Positions 27,478-32,000 of a DNA stretch of 32,000 bases are shown piece after piece; the stretch's first letter is position 1, and each line of letters begins with the position of its first letter. The DNA comes from Zymomonas mobilis subsp. mobilis ATCC 10988 (lineage in GTDB: Bacteria; Pseudomonadota; Alphaproteobacteria; Sphingomonadales; Sphingomonadaceae): contig NC_017262.1 in NCBI RefSeq assembly GCF_000175255.2, positions 1,980,001-2,012,000 of the forward strand, written 5' to 3'. The translations under genes were made by a program, and so were the position numbers. Below the pieces are notes generated by a model that worked only from the letters and a program-made list of their open reading frames with translations, was not told the origin of the DNA and searched no databases.

Positions 27478-27697
27478 CAAGGACGGCTTAAAGCCTGCCC
27501 GCTTTTACCATTGACCGAATACAGGCCAAGGGAACAGCTCTATTCTTGTGTAAAAAGCTATCTTTCCGGCTATTCTTGCCTTCTTTATTCCGATTATAGC
27601 CGGATCTCGCCCAATAAATTAGACGCCAGAGGTGAGGGCATATTGGCTTACTCACAGCTTTTTATTCAACAGTAGTGTATGATATAACGCTCATTAA

Positions 27698-27726
27698 AAC
27701 AGGCTGCCTTTTTAAAAGACAGCCTG
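27698..27726 (-). terminator. Intrinsic terminator of the orphan gene
   Basis: CAGGCTG / CAGCCTG stem. On the minus strand it is followed by TTTTAATG. Confidence 0.5.
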
Positions 27727-27761
27727 CTGTTCGTTGCCGATTTTTCGTAAAATTTTAATGG

Positions 27762-28274
27762 CTATGCCATGTTATGAACATAGCGGGATGTTTCCGCATT
27801 TTTCATCAAAAGATTGTAGATCCACGGCGATCCATTGCCACTTTCATGGGTTTCAGCCAGATGATGGCAAGCCAAATAGGTCATTGCCGGATTTAACCGA
27901 CGCGGTTCCCAAGCCATAAAATCACTAATTTGTGATGGATCAGTCGGAAAATTTTTCTCACTGACCATCGCTTTCGCCAAGGTCAAAGCGTCATCAGCTG
28001 GCCGCCATGCCATCCAAAAGCTGTCAAAAACGGCGTATAATTTGGCATGGGGGGCAATGGAATGACCATCATCCTGAAATAACACCATTTCAGAGCCTAA
28101 ATCATCAATACCGTCTTTGACATCTTCTTTTGATAATCCGGTGCGTTTAACCAATTCATCCATGGAAATGGGCTGATCGAATTCGCCCCCATGATAGCTG
28201 GTTTGAACAAAAACTTGAGCCACAGCCTTACAATTCGCGGAATAGGCAGAGGCTTCTGATGTCTGGTTAACCAT
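27762..28274 (-). CDS. Hypothetical protein (orphan, no family recognised)
   Basis: 170-aa ORF with coding-like composition. It is flanked by a terminator-like hairpin and a long AT-rich upstream spacer. A possible winged-helix-like stretch is ISMDELVKRTGLSKEDVKDGIDDLG. Confidence 0.5.
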   Translation of the reverse strand: MVNQTSEASAYSANCKAVAQVFVQTSYHGGEFDQPISMDELVKRTGLSKEDVKDGIDDLGSEMVLFQDDGHSIAPHAKLYAVFDSFWMAWRPADDALTLAKAMVSEKNFPTDPSQISDFMAWEPRRLNPAMTYLACHHLAETHESGNGSPWIYNLLMKNAETSRYVHNMA

Positions 28275-28717
28275 AATCCAGATCCTTTCAGGGACAGATA
28301 ATGATGAAAATGGTTATCCTGATTTTAAAATATTCAAATAATTTCAGATACAAAAGTTCTTCACAAAGATACGAAATTATCTTTTAAAAAAGACCAAACC
28401 ATTTCAACATCTACTATGGGGTTAAACGCATGACATGAAATTTAGATCATTTTTTCTCGTTATATATCTATTTTTTCGCACGATTGGGCGCAGACTATTA
28501 TCTTGTTATTTAGAAACCCATAATCAGAATTTTTGTTCGCCAAAAACTAGCTATCCCCGTGTAATCAAAAACAAAATCTAACCGCTCTTCATTTTTCTTT
28601 GGTCTGTCCCCATGCCTTGAAAATGGATTTTGTTTCGTTTCCTTACATTCCAGCCACTTGGCTCAAAATCTTGTCCCTTTTGTTGTTATAGGAAGAACAA
28701 CCAAGGATATAATCATC

Positions 28718-29563
28718 ATGGGACATATTCTGATTACGGGTGCCGGTAGCGGTTTTGGGAAAGAAATTGCTTTCCGTCTGGCAGAACAAGGACATGACGT
28801 TATTGCTGCGGTCGAAATCCAGCCCCAGATATTTGCCTTGCAGCAAGAAGCGCAAAAACGCGGCCTCTCTTTATCAATAGAAAAACTGGACATCACCGAT
28901 CCGGCTGATCGTGCCAAAGCATGGCAATGGGACGTTGATATTTTACTGAATAATGCTGGCATTTCCGAAGGCGGTTCGGTTACCGATATTCCGGCAGAAA
29001 ATCTTCGGAAACAATTTGAAGTCAATGTGATAGGTACAATCTTGCTTACGCAAGGCTTCGCTCGCGAGATGGTCAAAAATAAAAAAGGCCGAATTGTTTT
29101 TATGTCCTCGGTCGCGGGTCTTACCGTTGACCCTTTTACGGGAGCCTATTCGGCTTCCAAACATGCGATAGAAGCCTTTGCGATCGCCTTGGATAAAGAA
29201 TTGAAATATTTTGGCATCCAAATTGCAACTATTAACCCGGGGCCTTTCCTAACGGGTTTCAATGACCGGATGTTTGAAACATGGAAAAGCTGGCGCGACA
29301 CCCCTGAAGATAGGGTTTTTGACTATAGCCAACTTGCTTTCCCGCATGAACAATTCGACCCAGAAGAGGTTATCACAACAACGCTTTCTGTTCTGACGGG
29401 AAAAACCAAGCATTATCGCAATCTGGTGCCTGCCCAAATGGAAAAGGATACTGAAAAACAGATCAATCATGTCTGGGATAAATTGCAAAATAATCCAGAA
29501 GGGGGCGCGAAAGATCCTCTGGTGCAGAAAGCCTATCAAATAAGGCCCGGAACGCCTGCCTAA
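28718..29563 (+). CDS. Short-chain dehydrogenase/reductase (classical SDR)
   Basis: ILITGAGSGFG (TGxxxGxG), NNAG, and the catalytic YSASK. ATG at 28718 follows AAGGA. The tracked start at 28658 adds 20 aa. Confidence 0.85.
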   Translation: MGHILITGAGSGFGKEIAFRLAEQGHDVIAAVEIQPQIFALQQEAQKRGLSLSIEKLDITDPADRAKAWQWDVDILLNNAGISEGGSVTDIPAENLRKQFEVNVIGTILLTQGFAREMVKNKKGRIVFMSSVAGLTVDPFTGAYSASKHAIEAFAIALDKELKYFGIQIATINPGPFLTGFNDRMFETWKSWRDTPEDRVFDYSQLAFPHEQFDPEEVITTTLSVLTGKTKHYRNLVPAQMEKDTEKQINHVWDKLQNNPEGGAKDPLVQKAYQIRPGTPA

Positions 29564-29663
29564 GACGGTAATTTACTGCAATTTGGTTTAAAATTAAGAA
29601 ACAGTATGAAGCAATACGGACATATTTCCATTTTACAAAAATAACAGTTTTTTATAATATCGA

Positions 29664-29753
29664 ACTACAAAAGATATCCCCCTTTTGTAAGCAGATAGTT
29701 GTAGCTTTCTCAATTCTCTTAATTCGGCCCTGCTTTTGCAGGGTCTTTTTTTT
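29664..29753 (+). ncRNA. Candidate small RNA (orphan promoter to orphan terminator); alternatively a long SDR 3' UTR
   Basis: Perfect TATAAT at 29653-29658, with TTTACA 15 bp upstream. A 5' hairpin (UACAAAAG / CUUUUGUA, 8 bp) follows. The unit ends at the terminator CCCTGC-TTTT-GCAGGG plus TCTTTTTTTT (29728-29753). Confidence 0.3.
29728..29753 (+). terminator. Intrinsic terminator, plus-strand oriented
   Basis: 6-bp GC-rich stem CCCTGC/GCAGGG with a TTTT loop, followed by TCTTTTTTTTG. It lies 165 nt after the SDR stop. Confidence 0.75.
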
Positions 29754-29836
29754 GCTCTCAACACAAAGCAAGTCTAGCCGATGCCGCTATAGATAGCCGC
29801 AGTTGCATGATAAATTTTAAGGAAATAAAATAGGAC

Positions 29837-29912
29837 TGGTGGGCGATGACAGGCTCGAACTGCCGACATCCTCCGTGTAAAGGAGGCGCTCTACCAACTG
29901 AGCTAATCGCCC
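29837..29912 (-). tRNA. tRNA-Val(UAC)
   Basis: Reverse complement: GGGCGAUUAGCUCAGUUGGUAGAGCGCCUCCUUUACACGGAGGAUGUCGGCAGUUCGAGCCUGUCAUCGCCCACCA. Canonical cloverleaf with anticodon loop UUUACAC. Confidence 0.95.
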
Positions 29913-30074
29913 TATCGTTTTGCCAGACCCCGATGCCAGACTATCGCGCTTGGTGCAAGAGAAATTATTAAAAATTATAGCTTTAGGGCTAAATTTATTC
30001 TTACCTGAATGAACGCCAAGGCGAAGAAAAGACATCGGACGCTCCCGCTGCCTAGGGCGGAAGATAGTCTGCAT

Positions 30075-30110
30075 AAAAAAGGCTGGCATCCTGTTTCTAT
30101 AATGCCAGCC
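30075..30110 (-). terminator. Intrinsic terminator of aguAB
   Basis: GGCTGGCAT / ATGCCAGCC 9-bp stem. On the minus strand it is followed by TTTTTTAT. Confidence 0.8.
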
Positions 30111-30149
30111 TCTTCCAATCAGATCAAAATAGAACGTCTAAATTTTAAT

Positions 30150-30998
30150 TTAGCGGTCTTCGCTAATCCGATGATATAATTCTGGTCGCCGATCACGGAA
30201 AAAGCCGAAAGCCGCGCGATGTTGTCTTATTTGCTCAATATCAAAATGAGCGACCAAAACGCCGCTTTCATCTTTGCCAAAGGCTTGCACTAAATCGCCA
30301 CGCTGATCGGCAATAAAGCTATGACCATAAAAAGATAGCGTAGCTTCCTGACCAATCCGGTTCGATGCGATGACAGGCACGACATTAGAAACGGCATGAC
30401 CAATCATAGCTCGCCGCCACAAACGGCTGGTATCCAGATCGGGATCATGGGGCTCATTTCCAATCGCTGTCGGGAAAAAGAGCAACTCAGCACCCATCAG
30501 CATCATGGCACGCGCCGTTTCAGGATACCATTGATCCCAACAGATACCGACACCTATCTTGATGCCGCCACAATCCCAGACTTTAAAACCGCTATTACCG
30601 GGGCGGAAATAGAATTTTTCTTCATAGCCGGGGCCATCGGGAATATGACTTTTCCGGTAAACGCCCATAACCTCGCCATCTGAATTGATCATGGCAAGGC
30701 TGTTATAATAATGGGGCGGATCGCTTTCAAAAAAGCTGGTTGGAATAGTCACTTTCAACCGCTTAGCTAGCTTTTGCATCGCTAAGACAACGGGATGTTT
30801 TTCCACTGGCTTGGCGCGTGCAAAACAGCTCTCGTCTTCGGTCGCACAGAAATAATGCCCTTCAAATAATTCGGGCGGTAAAATAATTTTGGCACCTTGC
30901 GCCGCCGCTTCTTCGACCAATACTGAAACACGATCAATATTGGTCTGGATATCATCCGTCAAAGCCAGCTGTAATGCCGCTACAGTGATTTCAGTCAT
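30150..30998 (-). CDS. aguB: N-carbamoylputrescine amidase (CN-hydrolase/nitrilase superfamily)
   Basis: MTEITVAALQ..., PELFEGHYFC, YRKSHIP and GVGICWDQWYPE (Glu-Lys-Cys triad context). ATG at 30998 sits 11 nt after the aguA stop, with AGGA upstream. Confidence 0.85.
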   Translation of the reverse strand: MTEITVAALQLALTDDIQTNIDRVSVLVEEAAAQGAKIILPPELFEGHYFCATEDESCFARAKPVEKHPVVLAMQKLAKRLKVTIPTSFFESDPPHYYNSLAMINSDGEVMGVYRKSHIPDGPGYEEKFYFRPGNSGFKVWDCGGIKIGVGICWDQWYPETARAMMLMGAELLFFPTAIGNEPHDPDLDTSRLWRRAMIGHAVSNVVPVIASNRIGQEATLSFYGHSFIADQRGDLVQAFGKDESGVLVAHFDIEQIRQHRAAFGFFRDRRPELYHRISEDR

Positions 30999-31009
30999 CA
31001 GTAATTCCT

Positions 31010-31990
31010 TCAGGCTGGCCATTGCTGGGAAATACAATGGAAGCTGCCACCCCCTGTCAAAATATGACCGGCTGGCAAGGCGACGACTTTCCGGCTTGGG
31101 AATAAGGCTTCCAAGGCTTGAACAATCGCGCTATCATTTTTGGCACCATAAACCGGAACAACAACGACCTTGTTCCCAATATAGAAATTCATATAGGAAG
31201 CCGGAACGACTTCATCATCAATCGTAATCCGTCCGGTTGAGGGGATGCGGGTTACTTTTACGCCAAACTCTGTCGCGATTTGAGCCGCTTGGTCATAGAC
31301 TTCCCGATTAGGATCATCCTGATCCGTCGCGATAGGGACGACCAAATGATTTTCACCGACAAAACGAGCAAGGTTATCGACATGCCCATCAGTATGGTCA
31401 TTATGCAGGCCTTTTCTCAGCCACAACACACGATCATAACCCAGATCATTCCGCAAATGACGGGCAATATCGCCCCGCGATAATTCAGGATTGCGGTTTG
31501 GATTTAACAGACATTCTTCGGTTGTAACGACCAATCCATGACCATCACCATCAATGGAACCGCCTTCCAAAACCCAATTTTTTTCTAAAACGGGCAGGGC
31601 TGTATCTTTGGCAAGATCACGTCCAATAGTCTGATCGCCATCAAGATTATATTTTCCGCCCCAACCATTGAAACGGAATAAAGCCAGCGCCTTTTTATCA
31701 CCCTCTTTGACGAAAAGCGGGGCGTTATCTCTCAACCAGATATCACCGAAAGGATGGCAGATAACCTCAATATCCGATCCCGCCATTTTTACAGCTTGAT
31801 CGGCTGCTTCTTTATGGGCGGCAACCAGATAAACTTTTTCCCCTTCGCCCTGCGCTGCAACAGCCTTGGCAAAAGCAACTACCTCGGCTTGTGCCGGTTC
31901 CAAATCTTCAAGCCAAAGAGAAGCATCACTAGGGAAACCGATCCAAACCGCATCATGCGGCATCCACTCGGCAGGCTGATGGTAAGGCAT
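31010..31990 (-). CDS. aguA: Agmatine deiminase
   Basis: N-terminal PAEWMPHDAVWIGFP, then DIWLRDNAP and HTDGHVDNLARF, and the C-terminal catalytic Cys block GGGSFHCISQQWP. Confidence 0.88.
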   Translation of the reverse strand: MPYHQPAEWMPHDAVWIGFPSDASLWLEDLEPAQAEVVAFAKAVAAQGEGEKVYLVAAHKEAADQAVKMAGSDIEVICHPFGDIWLRDNAPLFVKEGDKKALALFRFNGWGGKYNLDGDQTIGRDLAKDTALPVLEKNWVLEGGSIDGDGHGLVVTTEECLLNPNRNPELSRGDIARHLRNDLGYDRVLWLRKGLHNDHTDGHVDNLARFVGENHLVVPIATDQDDPNREVYDQAAQIATEFGVKVTRIPSTGRITIDDEVVPASYMNFYIGNKVVVVPVYGAKNDSAIVQALEALFPSRKVVALPAGHILTGGGSFHCISQQWPA

Positions 31991-32000
31991 AAGGGAACTC

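Noticed and set aside
28435-28581. 48-codon ORF (MKFRSFFLVIYLFF...) in the long AT-rich spacer
   Set aside because: It has no ribosome-binding site, its AT-rich codon content is typical of non-coding DNA, and there is no supporting motif. I mention it only as a target for Ribo-seq.
16022-28717. Search for full CtrA boxes (TTAA-N7-TTAA) in intergenic regions of the window
   Set aside because: By-eye scanning of the main spacers found only half-sites or non-matching second halves. Nothing was convincing enough to annotate.
28663-29076. 137-aa minus-strand ORF, and other antisense ORFs within the SDR gene
   Set aside because: It is fully contained antisense to an SDR with complete cofactor and catalytic motifs. 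Shadow ORF.
29817-30089. 90-aa minus-strand ORF
   Set aside because: It runs straight through the canonical tRNA-Val(UAC) gene (29837-29912). It is an artefact of ORF calling.
1-32000. CRISPR arrays, IS elements, tandem repeats, rRNA
   Set aside because: No regularly spaced direct repeats, transposase-like ORFs, terminal inverted repeats or rRNA-like sequence were seen on either strand.

Overview
This looks like a chromosomal window from a moderate-GC alphaproteobacterium. It carries CtrA, LptF/LptG, ErpA, Era and RNase III. Gene content and sequence style remind me of Zymomonas/Sphingomonadales, but that is inference, not a search result. I can support about 30 protein genes, 2 tRNAs, several intrinsic terminators and one candidate small RNA. 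I saw no rRNA, CRISPR array, transposase, integrase or prophage gene.

Most of the window is housekeeping:
- M23 peptidase, erpA, xthA, lptFG, a DsbD-type reductase and ggt
- ctrA, a telA/xpaC-like pair and era
- rnc, an SDR and aguAB

Two blocks deserve attention:
1. 19.4-26.4 kb holds an ETNPPL/AGXT2L-type PLP phospho-lyase, an APH-fold kinase, an AraC regulator, an Eat-type ethanolamine permease and a porin. I read this as a B12-independent, microcompartment-free amino-alcohol (ethanolamine) catabolic module.
2. 8.5-11.0 kb holds an operon divergent from lptFG. It encodes a secreted DUF2141-like protein, a DAGK/LCB5-fold lipid kinase and a Tam41/Mmp37-like nucleotidyltransferase. I read this as a candidate anionic (sphingo)lipid head-group pathway.

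Smaller oddities:
- a tRNA with an irregular anticodon stem
- an orphan promoter plus terminator pair (candidate sRNA)
- an orphan gene inside unusually long AT-rich spacers
- a palindrome in the ctrA leader
- physical uncoupling of rnc and era

All family assignments come from motifs I recognise by eye. No database search was run.
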